Positions 9,283 to 19,390 are shown, numbered from the stretch's first letter. The stretch: 60,984 nt of DNA from Myxococcota bacterium (GCA_039208735.1 JBCCQY010000047.1:1-60984); one strand, 5' to 3'. The notes: generated by a model not told the origin, from the letters alone. Numbers and translations are program-made.

Positions 9283-11289
9283 GTGATCATCGCCTTGTCG
9301 ACCATCCTCGGCGCAGCCTACGCGGCTGACGACGAGGAGGACGACGCCACACCAGAAATTGTCGTGACCGCGTACCGGATTTCGGATGCGCCGGAAGATG
9401 CCCCGGTAAGCACGTCGGTCCTCGAAGAAGACGACATTGCACTGGGTCGGCCTACCCTCGAAATGGGGGAAGCGCTGGCCCAAGTGCCTGGTGTGTTCGT
9501 CGCCAACCGTTCCAATTTCGCCCAAGACACGCGCTTGTCGATTCGCGGGTTCGGGAGCCGTGCGGCTTTCGGGATCCGGGGGTTGCGGGTGTTCCTCGAC
9601 GGCATTCCCCTCACCCTCCCTGATGGCCAAAGCCAGGTGGACAGCCTGGATTTTGCCAACATCGGCCGCATCGAGGTTCTACGAGGCCCCGCAGGCAGCC
9701 TGTACGGCAACGCCGCGGGCGGTGTCCTGACCCTGCAGACCCGACGCCCCACCGACTCCCCAGAAGCCGAAGCGATCACCACCGTTGGTGCGTTCGGACT
9801 CCTCAAGACCGCAGTGGGGGGCCGGGTGCGAGCTGGTGACACCGATGTGTCCCTGTTCGCGGCCCGAACGGCGATGGCCGGCTGGCGCGACCAGTCCAGT
9901 GTTGAACACGTCACCGTCCAGTCGCACGTGGCAACCCCCTTGGGGCCCCGGGCGCGCTGGTCGGCCAACGTTCACTACGTGCGCGCCCCGGTCGCCGATG
10001 ACCCGGGTGGACTGAACCCTGAAGACTTCGAAGCCAACCCGCAGTCGGCGGCGCAGACCAACCTCGACTTTGGAACGGGCGAAGACCTCACGCAACTACA
10101 AGTGGGCACCCGACTCACCGCAGATCCGAGTGCCGCCCATCGCGTCGAGGTCACGGGTCACGCAGGAACGCGCTCGTTTGTGGGCAGCATTCCCTTTGCC
10201 GTCACGAGTTTCGACCGTGACTTCTTCGGTGGCATGGCGGTCTACCGCTGGCGGGCCGACACAGGTGCCGTGCAAAGCCAGCTTGCGGCTGGGCTCGAAG
10301 TCCAAGGACAACAAGACTTCCGGCGTCGAGAAGGCAACGATGCAGGGCGCCCCAATGGCGTGGCCACCAACGTTCAGGACGAACGGGTCACCGGATTGGG
10401 GGTCTTCGTCCAAGAGCGCCTCGACCTCGCAGAGCGGCTCCATCTCCTTGGCTCGGCGCGCTACGATCGAGTCGATTTCCGACTCATCGACCTGTTGCTC
10501 GACAAGAAAGGCGGCAGCGACCTGTCCGGGACCCGCTCCTTCGATCAGGTGACCGGGCAAGGCGGATTGCTGGTCGACATCAGCAATCCCGTTTCGGTGT
10601 ACGCCAACGTTGCTCAATCGTTCGAAACCCCCACCCTCTCCGAACTCGTCAACTCCTCGGGGGACGGAGGGCTGGACCCCGATCTCGCCGCCCAGCGCGC
10701 GTTGTCCGTCGAAGGTGGCATCAACGTGCGGACCGATAACGTCGCCGTGCAGGCGGCGATCTTCGGCATGAACCTCGATAACGAACTCCTTCGCCAAGAG
10801 AACGATGAAGGACAGGCCTTCTTCACCAACGCAGGACAATCCCGTCGGTTCGGGGCGGAACTCTACACTCGGGCGAAGCCTCTCGAAATCTTGGAGCTTC
10901 TCGGCAGCTACACTTGGTTGCGAGCCGAGTTTCGTGAAGAGGCCCGACGAGGTCAACGTTTGCCGGGGCTGCCCGAGCACCGTGGCTTCGTACGGGCCAG
11001 GGTCGTGGAGCGTGGCGTGCACGTCGCGGCCGAGGCCGAAATCGTAAGCACGTTGTTCGCGGATGACGCCAACCTGATCACGGCACCGGCCTACGGCCTG
11101 GTTGGCCTGCGCGCGGGCTACACCCTGACCCAACTCGACCCCGTCGAGATCGACCTGACGCTGGGGGTTCGCAACCTCCTCGATTCGAACTACGCCGACA
11201 ACACGCGGAGCAACGCGTTTGGCGATCGGTTCTTCGAGGCCGGATTGCCACGACACTTCTACGGCCAGCTCACGGTCGCGTACCGCTAA
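9283..11289 (+). CDS. TonB-dependent receptor, PqqU/YncD-like (probable PQQ importer)
   Basis: Plug NRSNFAQDTRLSIRGFGSRAAFGIRGLRVFLDGIPLTLPDGQSQ...EVLRGP...LYGNAAGGV resembles E. coli YncD/PqqU as recalled; FETPTLSEL. Confidence 0.85.
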   Translation: MIIALSTILGAAYAADDEEDDATPEIVVTAYRISDAPEDAPVSTSVLEEDDIALGRPTLEMGEALAQVPGVFVANRSNFAQDTRLSIRGFGSRAAFGIRGLRVFLDGIPLTLPDGQSQVDSLDFANIGRIEVLRGPAGSLYGNAAGGVLTLQTRRPTDSPEAEAITTVGAFGLLKTAVGGRVRAGDTDVSLFAARTAMAGWRDQSSVEHVTVQSHVATPLGPRARWSANVHYVRAPVADDPGGLNPEDFEANPQSAAQTNLDFGTGEDLTQLQVGTRLTADPSAAHRVEVTGHAGTRSFVGSIPFAVTSFDRDFFGGMAVYRWRADTGAVQSQLAAGLEVQGQQDFRRREGNDAGRPNGVATNVQDERVTGLGVFVQERLDLAERLHLLGSARYDRVDFRLIDLLLDKKGGSDLSGTRSFDQVTGQGGLLVDISNPVSVYANVAQSFETPTLSELVNSSGDGGLDPDLAAQRALSVEGGINVRTDNVAVQAAIFGMNLDNELLRQENDEGQAFFTNAGQSRRFGAELYTRAKPLEILELLGSYTWLRAEFREEARRGQRLPGLPEHRGFVRARVVERGVHVAAEAEIVSTLFADDANLITAPAYGLVGLRAGYTLTQLDPVEIDLTLGVRNLLDSNYADNTRSNAFGDRFFEAGLPRHFYGQLTVAYR

Positions 11290-11312
11290 GCCTCCCATCA
11301 GGGGCTACACCC

Positions 11313-11349
11313 GGGGGCCGAGCCGTTCTGGCTCGGTCCCCTCCTTTTT
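11313..11349 (+). terminator. Rho-independent terminator
   Basis: GGGGCCGAGCC-GTTCT-GGCTCGGTCCCC hairpin followed by TCCTTTTT. Confidence 0.8.
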
Positions 11350-11370
11350 GGGGCATTCGATCGCTCGGAC

Positions 11371-11430
11371 TTGACGTGCGAACCGGGGCGATTACTCTAT
11401 GACTACCCAGTCATATGACTAGGTAGTCAC
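11371..11430 (+). promoter_or_regulatory. Sigma70-like promoter with tandem TetR-type operators
   Basis: TTGACG-N16-TACTCT, then ATGACT-ACCC-AGTCAT and ATGACT-AGGT-AGTCAC back to back. Confidence 0.75.
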
Positions 11431-11441
11431 TGGAGGCGAAC

Positions 11442-12077
11442 ATGAGGCTCCTCGACAACTCGCGGCGTGCCCGCGAGCTAATGGCCAAGGGAATGGACGA
11501 CCACATCGGCGACATCGCCATCCTGAAAATGGATGCGGTGGCGATGCAGGCTCGGCCAGAGCACCGTCCGGCCCTCGAGGCGGTGTCGGACTACACCCCC
11601 AATGTCGATCTGGACCGGCTCGCCACCCTTCCCGAGGGCACCTTCGGCCGGGCCGTTGCCACCTTCATGCGCGACAATGACATTCAGCCGTTCCTGTTCA
11701 CCGACGAGATTTCGCCCGAGATGCGTCGGCGCAACCAGTTCGGCATCCGACTTGCTCAAACCCACGACCTCATCCACGTGCTCACGGGCTTCGACACAAG
11801 CTGGCCAGGCGAAATGGGTGTTTACGCCGTCCAATACGCGCAGCGGTGGAGCGCTTGGTCGCCCTGGTTGGCCCTCGCCACCTGGCTGGTCTACCCGATC
11901 CTCACGGGCTTCCAGCTCGGCAAGTTGTGGCGAGCGTGGCAGCGTGGTGTCGCCCAAGGTCGTCGCGCTCCCTTGCTTCTCGCGGAGCGCCTTGAAGATC
12001 ACTTCGAAGCGCCGCTCGATGAGGTGCGTGAGCGTTACGGTCTGCTGGACCCTGCCGAGTCTGCTCGCGCCGCCTAG
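11442..12077 (+). CDS. Coq4-family protein
   Basis: LPEGTFG; metal motif HDLIHVLTGF-x6-E. Confidence 0.85.
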   Translation: MRLLDNSRRARELMAKGMDDHIGDIAILKMDAVAMQARPEHRPALEAVSDYTPNVDLDRLATLPEGTFGRAVATFMRDNDIQPFLFTDEISPEMRRRNQFGIRLAQTHDLIHVLTGFDTSWPGEMGVYAVQYAQRWSAWSPWLALATWLVYPILTGFQLGKLWRAWQRGVAQGRRAPLLLAERLEDHFEAPLDEVRERYGLLDPAESARAA

Positions 12078-12085
12078 ACCCCCTG

Positions 12086-12754
12086 ATGCCCAAGCCCACG
12101 TTCCTCCAGCTCCCCGACGAAAAGCGCCAACGCTTCACCCATGCTGCCTTGGTCGAGTTCACCGATCACAGCTACGACGTCGCTTCGGTGAGCCGGCTGG
12201 TATCGACGCTTGGCATCGCCAAGGGATCGCTCTACCAATACTTCGGCGACAAGTTTGAGCTGTTCGAGTGGCTGCTTCAGGAATCCGGACGCCGCAAAGT
12301 CCAGGCCATTGAAGCGGGGCTCGCGCCAGACCCCGAGGCAGACGTGTTGGCTCGACTCCGCCAAATGTACTGGCACGGGCTTGCGTTTTGGCAGGCTGAA
12401 CCGCGCTGGGCGAGCCTTGGCCTCCGGGTGCACGAACCCAGCCGAGAACCGCGGTTGGCCGCCCTCCGTCAGGCCGTGGCCCTTGGCGCGCACGCCTTCG
12501 TCCGGGGCCTATTGGCCGAGGGGCAATCCACGGGCCAGCTCCGCGCCGACGTCCCGCTCGACGCAACCGCTCACCTCGTCACCTCGCTGCTCTCAGTGGG
12601 GCTCCGCGATGCGTTGCTTGCCAAAGTCGGTCTCGCTCCAGGCACCTTGCCCGATCATCCACTCGACGTTCGGGACGCGGACCTCGAACAGATCGTTAAT
12701 GCCACCATGGGGCTGCTCGAACGAGGACTGCAACGGCCCGAACCCTCCGGCTGA
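12086..12754 (+). CDS. TetR/AcrR-family transcriptional regulator
   Basis: MPKPTFLQLPDEKRQR...GIAKGSLYQYFGDKFELF. Confidence 0.92.
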   Translation: MPKPTFLQLPDEKRQRFTHAALVEFTDHSYDVASVSRLVSTLGIAKGSLYQYFGDKFELFEWLLQESGRRKVQAIEAGLAPDPEADVLARLRQMYWHGLAFWQAEPRWASLGLRVHEPSREPRLAALRQAVALGAHAFVRGLLAEGQSTGQLRADVPLDATAHLVTSLLSVGLRDALLAKVGLAPGTLPDHPLDVRDADLEQIVNATMGLLERGLQRPEPSG

Positions 12755-12906
12755 CGAAACGCCCAACCGAGCCGTTGCGATTCGATCAACTGCGTACCAT
12801 GGCATTCGCATCGTCATACCCAAGCTTAGCTGCGCCTCCAGACTTCCCGAGGACACCGCCTCTGAAATGCAGGTAGGGTCTGGCTCCCCCTTGCCAGGAG
12901 CTTCGC

Positions 12907-13947
12907 TTGTCCCAGCCGGCCGTCCTCGTCCAAGATCCGCGCGATCGTATGCGCCCGTTGTGGGGCCCCCTCGGTCGTTTTCTCGACGATAAGCTGCACG
13001 ACCAACGGGACGCGATTCTCGTCCAAGACGCCCTCATCTCGACGATGCTCATCCCTTTCGGGCTCCTGCTTTTCGTCCCGAACGTGTTTTCGTGGCCTCT
13101 CGGCATTGTCTACTTGGCGCTAATCATTCCCCGGCTGGGACCTACCGCCGTGCTCCTGCATATGGTCTCCCACCGTCCTTTGTTCAACAAAACCTGGTCA
13201 CGCCTGAACCATTACATCCCTTGGTTTATGGTTCTCTTCTACGGAATGGCCCCTGCGGGCTACATCACGCACCACGTGGGGATGCATCACGTCGAAGAAA
13301 ACGTCGGTCCAGATACGAGCGCTACGCTCCGTTACCAGCGGGACAGCCTGTGGCATTTCTGCCTTTATTGGTGGCGTTTCCAGCTCATCGGCAAGCTGGA
13401 GCTCATGGTGTACTTGTGGCGTAAACGACGGTTCAAGTTGCTCCGCCGTTTGATCACAGGCGAAGTGATTCATAAGTCGGTGCTCCTGATGGGGGCGTTG
13501 ATCAGCCTGCCGGCAACGCTGCTGGTGTTTGTGATTCCGTACGTCATCGTGCGGTGGGGGCTCATGATGGGCAACTGGTGTCAGCACGCGTTCATCGAGG
13601 ATTCGGACCCTGCGTGCGCCTACCGCAACTCGGTGACCCTCATCAATTGCTCCTACAACGAGCGGTTCTACAACGACGGGTACCACTGCGGCCACCACAT
13701 CAAGGCCACGGCGCACTGGGCGGATGCCCCCGCGCAGTTCGAAGCCGACGTTGGCAACTACGCGCGCCACCATGCCGTGGTCTTTGACGGAATCCGAGGG
13801 TTTCAGACCATGTGGACCTTGCTGATGCGCCGCCGCTACGATGTACTCGCCGAACATTTGGTGCCGTGGCCAGGCGGGCCCCAGACCCTCGAAGAACGCA
13901 TGGCGTTTTTGAAGGCGCGCACGCACCCCATTCGTGAAGCCACCTAG
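12907..13947 (+). CDS. Membrane fatty acid desaturase-family protein
   Basis: His boxes HMVSHR, HHVGMHH, YHCGHH; GNWCQHAF; TM segments; TTG start after CAGGAG. Confidence 0.88.
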   Translation: MSQPAVLVQDPRDRMRPLWGPLGRFLDDKLHDQRDAILVQDALISTMLIPFGLLLFVPNVFSWPLGIVYLALIIPRLGPTAVLLHMVSHRPLFNKTWSRLNHYIPWFMVLFYGMAPAGYITHHVGMHHVEENVGPDTSATLRYQRDSLWHFCLYWWRFQLIGKLELMVYLWRKRRFKLLRRLITGEVIHKSVLLMGALISLPATLLVFVIPYVIVRWGLMMGNWCQHAFIEDSDPACAYRNSVTLINCSYNERFYNDGYHCGHHIKATAHWADAPAQFEADVGNYARHHAVVFDGIRGFQTMWTLLMRRRYDVLAEHLVPWPGGPQTLEERMAFLKARTHPIREAT

Positions 13948-13997
13948 CGGCTCGCCATTCCCTCCTTGCCGTGTGAACGAACCTGCAGGGAGAATCG

Positions 13998-14306
13998 ATG
14001 TCGATACTCGTATTGCTCGGGGTCATGGCCCTCGTCGCGTGGCTCGTGTGGCGAAGTCAACGCACGCTATGGGTGGTTGACATCCGCAACACCGACGTCT
14101 TTGTGGTTCGAGGCCAACCGCCCATCGCCTTGCTCACGGCAATTCGCGAAATCGCAGAGCGTGACGCGATTGCCCATGCCCGACTCACCGCTCGGCGCGG
14201 CCAACATGGTGGCATTCTTCGCACTTCGGGACTGGAAGAGGGTCCACGCCAGCGGCTCCAGAACGTCTATCGCCTGCAGCCCGAGGCCCGACTTCGCAGC
14301 TCCTAG
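13998..14306 (+). CDS. Small membrane-anchored protein (DUF3634-like)
   Basis: N-terminal TM, VVRGQPP, C-terminal RQRLQNV. Confidence 0.6.
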   Translation: MSILVLLGVMALVAWLVWRSQRTLWVVDIRNTDVFVVRGQPPIALLTAIREIAERDAIAHARLTARRGQHGGILRTSGLEEGPRQRLQNVYRLQPEARLRSS

Positions 14307-15445
14307 GCGGTTACGGACTTCGGTTCGCGCGTGAGCGTCGTGGGGAGTTCGACCCAGGCCGTCACGGCATCGCGAGCGGCCCGTCCGCCCAGAAACACCG
14401 CCAGTCGCTCGCAAACATCCCAGGCGATGACCGCATCCGCAGCTTCCACCCGATGCGAAGGCAATGCCTGCTCGGCCACCAAGCGGAACGCGGTGGGACG
14501 ATGGCGCTCGGCAACGATGCGAGTGGGCCCTGCATCCACGCTCTCGGCCAAGGCATCGACCAATTGGGCCAGCACCGCCTCATCGACTTCCACCACTTCA
14601 TCGACAAAATCGGACGGCGCGACTTGGGCTCCCGTCCGCTGAATCGCTTCGGCCAAGGGCACCTGCACGGGCCGAATGGCCACCCGACCCGCCTCGATGC
14701 GCGCCAGTTCCAGGACGCGGTTGACCCGCCGCAGCAACTGCCGAGCGGCGACCGCGACGGTTGCGAGATCGGTTTCTGCGTCGGGTTCGAGTTCGTCATC
14801 TTCGCGAAGCAACTCGGTGTAGCCCAAAATCGCGTTGAGCGGCGTGCGCAAATCGTGGGAGCAGTTCGCTAACAGGCGACTCTTCGCCAGGTCGGAAGCA
14901 TGGGCGCGGGCTCGTGACGCATCGAGGTCGCGGTCGAGCCGATTGAGGCGCGCGGCAACCCAGGCCCCAAGCCCTCCCACCGTGGCCACGATCATCCAGC
15001 GGGGAAAGCCACTCGCCGCAATGTCCGTCACACCGAACTGGATGCTGCCGGTGTTCACAAGACCGATGGTGGCGGCTGCCCCCAAGCCAAGGAGCAATCC
15101 GAAGCTCCCCATCCTGACCCCACCCGAAAGCGCACCGTACAGCGGCATGAAGGCAAGGTACGGGACGATGGGCCCCACCAAACCACCCTCGAGGATGCTG
15201 GCGAGCGATGTCACCCCGCCAAGGCCCAACATCGTGATCCACGCCCCCCATCGGGCCCGTCCGACGACGGCCAACGCCGACCCCACCAACCCCAACGATG
15301 CGGCGACCGCGGCCAACGTCGATCCATCGGAATACCCTTGCACGAAGAGCACGATGGCAAAGCCCCCAAATCCGCCTGCGGCAAGGAGACCAAAGCTTCG
15401 AACAAACCCACTTCGCCGAAGCTCAACTGCACCCAGCGGATTCAT
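14303..15445 (-). CDS. Membrane histidine kinase-like protein with intact HisKA and degenerate HATPase domain
   Basis: Multiple TMs; SHDLRTPLNAILGY; no recognisable N, G1 or G2 boxes downstream. Confidence 0.8.
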   Translation of the reverse strand: MNPLGAVELRRSGFVRSFGLLAAGGFGGFAIVLFVQGYSDGSTLAAVAASLGLVGSALAVVGRARWGAWITMLGLGGVTSLASILEGGLVGPIVPYLAFMPLYGALSGGVRMGSFGLLLGLGAAATIGLVNTGSIQFGVTDIAASGFPRWMIVATVGGLGAWVAARLNRLDRDLDASRARAHASDLAKSRLLANCSHDLRTPLNAILGYTELLREDDELEPDAETDLATVAVAARQLLRRVNRVLELARIEAGRVAIRPVQVPLAEAIQRTGAQVAPSDFVDEVVEVDEAVLAQLVDALAESVDAGPTRIVAERHRPTAFRLVAEQALPSHRVEAADAVIAWDVCERLAVFLGGRAARDAVTAWVELPTTLTREPKSVTA

Positions 15446-16734
15446 GTGGGATCGCCCGGCACGTCGACCCAGACCATCGTTCCCTTTCCCGGTTTACTGT
15501 CCATCTGGATGTGCCCGCCCATCGCTTCGAGAAGCCGGCGGCAAATAGCTAGTCCCAACCCAGTTCCTCCGTACTTTTGCGCGGTGTCTGGGGTGGCCTG
15601 TTCGAAGGGAGCGAACACTCGAGACAGTTGTTCGGGATTCATCCCAATGCCCGTGTCGGACACTTCAAACCGTATCCAATGGCCATCGAGGCGGACCGCA
15701 CGCAGCACGATGCGTCCATCTTCTGTGAATTTGCAGGCATTCCCAAGCAGATTCAGGAGGACCTGACGCAGTCGGCCCTCGTCGAGTCGAGGCACGAAGG
15801 GCAATTCAGGAAACAAAACTTCAAACTTATTTCCTCGCCGGTGGGCCAGCGGTTCGACGGTGGCCCGGAGTTCGTCCTCCAACACGTCAAGGTTGATGGG
15901 CCCTGGACTAAGCTCCAGGTCACCGTCACGCGCAAGGTCGAGTACATCGTCGAGGATGGCGAGCAACGCGCTCGATGCGAGTCGGATCCGCTTTAGATCT
16001 TCGCGGGCGCTTGCCTCGCGGGCGACTTCTTCGAGGTCTTCGGTATAGCCCATGACCGTGGTCAGCGGCGTGCGGAACTGATGGGACATTCGTGCGAGGA
16101 ACGCTCCCTTTTCTGCGTTGGACTGATGGGCCGCCGCCTGAGCTTCCGCGAGTGAATCGGTGAGCCGATCCGCCGCCAACACCATCCCGAGGCCCACCAT
16201 CCCAATCACTGCGATGAACCCGAGGTTAGACGCGACGGCCACCGCGTTGATCCAGGGCTGAATCGGCTCGGGAACGCCCGTAACGCCGACCGCCAGGAAC
16301 ACACAGGTCAAGCTCGTAATCCCGAGCCAGACCAACGTGGATGCCGTGGAACTTACGCTCGCGGCCACGAGCACGACGATGGCAAACCAGCCAGGTGAGG
16401 CGCCAAACACGCCCCCCGTGACCGGCGCCGTCAATGCAAGCATCGCGTAGATCGAGGCGCAGAAGACCTGAGCCGCGAGGCCAAGCCGACCCCGATGCAA
16501 CCACCACCACGCCAGGGCAACGGGAGCCAGCGACAAGACCAAGCCGACGCCCACTTCAAACACCCCCGCCGTGAGGTGAAAGAGCGCAAATGGTGTATTG
16601 GCCAAGGGTGCCACCAAGATCGCAGCGCGAAGCGACCCGGCCCTGCGCTGGTCGACGGGGTCGGGGTACGGCAATTCACGAGTCAGCAAGTCAAGTGGCA
16701 ACACCGTGCAGACGATAGCCCGCAGCGCATCCAC
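15442..16734 (-). CDS. Membrane sensor histidine kinase
   Basis: SHQFRTPL; NLLGNACKFT; DTGIG; GGTGLGL; G3 box GKGT. Confidence 0.92.
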   Translation of the reverse strand: MDALRAIVCTVLPLDLLTRELPYPDPVDQRRAGSLRAAILVAPLANTPFALFHLTAGVFEVGVGLVLSLAPVALAWWWLHRGRLGLAAQVFCASIYAMLALTAPVTGGVFGASPGWFAIVVLVAASVSSTASTLVWLGITSLTCVFLAVGVTGVPEPIQPWINAVAVASNLGFIAVIGMVGLGMVLAADRLTDSLAEAQAAAHQSNAEKGAFLARMSHQFRTPLTTVMGYTEDLEEVAREASAREDLKRIRLASSALLAILDDVLDLARDGDLELSPGPINLDVLEDELRATVEPLAHRRGNKFEVLFPELPFVPRLDEGRLRQVLLNLLGNACKFTEDGRIVLRAVRLDGHWIRFEVSDTGIGMNPEQLSRVFAPFEQATPDTAQKYGGTGLGLAICRRLLEAMGGHIQMDSKPGKGTMVWVDVPGDPT

Positions 16735-16743
16735 CTGCAGGCG

Positions 16744-17205
16744 CTACGAAATCTCCTCGAGAAGATGACGCACGACATCCGTGGTGGTGAGGATGCCCAC
16801 GAGCTGGGTCCCTTGATCGACGACGGGCACGGCGTGAAACTGTCCCTCCGCCAACAGTTCGAGGGCCTCGCGCAGCGTGGCGGATTCGTCTACGGTGGTG
16901 GGCTCGCTCATCAGCTGGGCCACCGTGATCGTGTCGTCGAGCACGGCATTGGTCTGTCGCTGATCGATGCCGTACTCGTAGCTGACCCGCAGCAGGTCGG
17001 TCGACGACAGGATGCCGACCAACTTGGAGCCCTCCACCACCGGAACGTGATGAAAGCCATGCTCTTGCATGAGCGCGTTCACCTCGGACAACTTCTGCCC
17101 GACCTGAACGCTCCGCACCTCGGTCGTCATCCACTTTGACACTCGTTCACTTCGACGCACGGGACCTCCTGCGGGCAGCTTGTACGTTCGCCCTTCTGGG
17201 GTCAT
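16744..17205 (-). CDS. CBS domain pair protein
   Basis: HHVPVV...LVGILSSTD; HAVPVV...LVGILTTTD. Confidence 0.9.
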   Translation of the reverse strand: MTPEGRTYKLPAGGPVRRSERVSKWMTTEVRSVQVGQKLSEVNALMQEHGFHHVPVVEGSKLVGILSSTDLLRVSYEYGIDQRQTNAVLDDTITVAQLMSEPTTVDESATLREALELLAEGQFHAVPVVDQGTQLVGILTTTDVVRHLLEEIS

Positions 17206-17308
17206 CGGCAGATCGGAACCCTACCCGCAGGGTGGTTTTCATCCACGATTCACCTCGGAACGGTGGACTCCTGGTGTGCGCCGGACCACCTGAGGAATCG
17301 GAGGATGC

Positions 17309-17950
17309 ATGGAGAGCCTACTCAGCGTGAGCGCCGACCCTGAAGTGAATCGGCTCGTCGAGCATACGGGCTACGCGACCGCCGCCCTGACGCTGTTGCC
17401 GATTCCCGGCTCCGAAATCCTTGGAGTCATGCCGCTACATGTCGGCATGGTGCTCGGCATCGGTCACCATCACGGTCGTCAGCTGACCCGCGACGGCGCC
17501 TCGGAGCTGCTGGTGCAAATCGGAACCACCGTGGGGGCTTCGATCCTCGGCTCGCGACTCGCCACCACGGCGGCCAAGTTCGTGTTGCCAGGGCTTGGGG
17601 GCCTCATTGCGGCCCCGTTCATGTTCGCCTCGACGCTCGCCATTGGCGCGGTCGCGGACACCTGGTTTCGCAGCGGGGGCACCGTGTCGGACGCCGAAAT
17701 GCGCGATCTGTACAAGCGAACCATGAAGCGAGCCAAATCGGGTTTCGACCCGAGCCGGGCCCGAAACGCCGATGCCCGCGATGCGGCAAGCCAGGCCGTC
17801 CACGACGCCCAATCCACCGACGCCCCCACGCCGCAAAAGACGGAACTGCCGATGGAACGGCTCCGCAAGGCCAAACGCATGCTCGAAGAGGGCCTCATCG
17901 ATGAAGCCGAATTCGCCGCCGTAAAGGAGCGAATCCTCTCCGAGTTGTGA
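17309..17950 (+). CDS. DUF697/YcjF-like membrane-associated protein with C-terminal SHOCT domain
   Basis: LLPIPGSE...KFVLPGLGGLI; C-terminal LRKAKRMLEEGLIDEAEFAAVKERIL. Confidence 0.7.
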   Translation: MESLLSVSADPEVNRLVEHTGYATAALTLLPIPGSEILGVMPLHVGMVLGIGHHHGRQLTRDGASELLVQIGTTVGASILGSRLATTAAKFVLPGLGGLIAAPFMFASTLAIGAVADTWFRSGGTVSDAEMRDLYKRTMKRAKSGFDPSRARNADARDAASQAVHDAQSTDAPTPQKTELPMERLRKAKRMLEEGLIDEAEFAAVKERILSEL

Positions 17951-19390
17951 CTACCTGCGCAGTCCCGCGACCTCGCCTCGGACGTCACCCAACCGATCCT
18001 GCGACACGCCGACCGCGCGCATCGCGGTGACGGGCACCTGCGCGGCATGGGTGCCGTTGGGCGCAACCACATGCTCTCCTCGCACCAGCCCTCCGGCCCC
18101 TCCGGCCATCAGGAAGGCCATGCCTTCGCTGTTGTGGCTGCCTTCGAGCGCATCCGCGGTGCCGCCTTCATTGAGCAGCATCACCGCGCAACGATCGAGC
18201 ACGCTGCCCGACCCTTCGGGCGCCCGACGTAGCCGATCGACGAGGCCCCCGAAGATGCCCACGTGCCAAGCCACCACATCTTCGAGCTGATGGGTCTCGC
18301 CGTTGTGGTGCATGTCGTGGCAGTTGAAGCCGTGCCCCGTGATGGGACGTGCGTTCATGAACGACTGCCACATCGTGATCATCCACGTGACGACTCGGGT
18401 CCGATCGCACACCAACGCCATCGTGATGAGGTCGGCGAAGACCTCGGCCCGCGCCTCCTCGTCGGAGTAGCCGAGGTTTACCGCATTGCCCTCCGGACCG
18501 TCGAACGACCCGCCGAGCGCGGGGTCTTGACCCGGATCGATGAGCCGCTCACACCCTTCCGACGGGTCGGGAGCCAGTGCCTGCAGCCGCTTCTCGAGGG
18601 TGCGAACGTGATCCCAATGCGCGTCGAGGCGAGCGCGATCGAAGGACGACAGCTTGTCGCGCACCGACGACATGCGCCAATCGACCAAGTCGAGGACACT
18701 GGCCCGCTTCTGCAGTTCGGCCAACGCCGCCTGGTCATCGCCTTCCCCGACAAACCCCGTGAACAGGGTCTGCCAGGCCAGTCTTGGCGAAACGGTTGGC
18801 ACGACCGGCACGATGCGGTTGCCCTGCTGGGCAAACGAGAGCGTGTCGCGATTGTCGGGCACATCGATACCGCCCCCCAGATTGTAGAACAACGCTTGCG
18901 TGCGGTAGTTCAGCGAGGGGAACACCGTGCTGCCGGCGAGCGTTTCCATCACGATCTGGTCGGAGGTGCGAGCCGTCATCGTGGCATCGAACGGCGCAAC
19001 CGTGGAGACCCCCGCCAGCAACGGCGGACCATGCCAATGGAACTCGGCGTAGCCCTGGGGCGGAGGGGTGGCCTCCTCGGGAGACGAGGGGATGTGCAGG
19101 TTGCTCACCACCGTCACCTCATCACGGAGGCCGAGCGCCTCGATGGGGCCAAGGGCCGTAGGGACGTCGTAGCCCGGCCCCGTGGCCTCGGGGACGAAAC
19201 GCACGGCCGGACCTCGGTCGGTGCGCAGCGAGTGACCGGCAAAGCACAGGAGATAGCGCAGAGGCAGCGGCGTTCCAGCCGCCAGCGCTTCGCCATGGGG
19301 CCCGAGCATGCATTCCAGTGCCGGAAGCCCCACCCCGACTCCACCCAGCCCCCGAAGCAGACAACGACGAGACAGACGAAATCGATTCAT
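17951..19390 (-). CDS. DUF1552-family protein (Tat-like N-terminus)
   Basis: LSRRCLLRGLGGVGVGLPALECM; SVLDLV...DRARLDAH...LEKRL; CDRTRV; MAGGAGG. Confidence 0.85.
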   Translation of the reverse strand: MNRFRLSRRCLLRGLGGVGVGLPALECMLGPHGEALAAGTPLPLRYLLCFAGHSLRTDRGPAVRFVPEATGPGYDVPTALGPIEALGLRDEVTVVSNLHIPSSPEEATPPPQGYAEFHWHGPPLLAGVSTVAPFDATMTARTSDQIVMETLAGSTVFPSLNYRTQALFYNLGGGIDVPDNRDTLSFAQQGNRIVPVVPTVSPRLAWQTLFTGFVGEGDDQAALAELQKRASVLDLVDWRMSSVRDKLSSFDRARLDAHWDHVRTLEKRLQALAPDPSEGCERLIDPGQDPALGGSFDGPEGNAVNLGYSDEEARAEVFADLITMALVCDRTRVVTWMITMWQSFMNARPITGHGFNCHDMHHNGETHQLEDVVAWHVGIFGGLVDRLRRAPEGSGSVLDRCAVMLLNEGGTADALEGSHNSEGMAFLMAGGAGGLVRGEHVVAPNGTHAAQVPVTAMRAVGVSQDRLGDVRGEVAGLRR

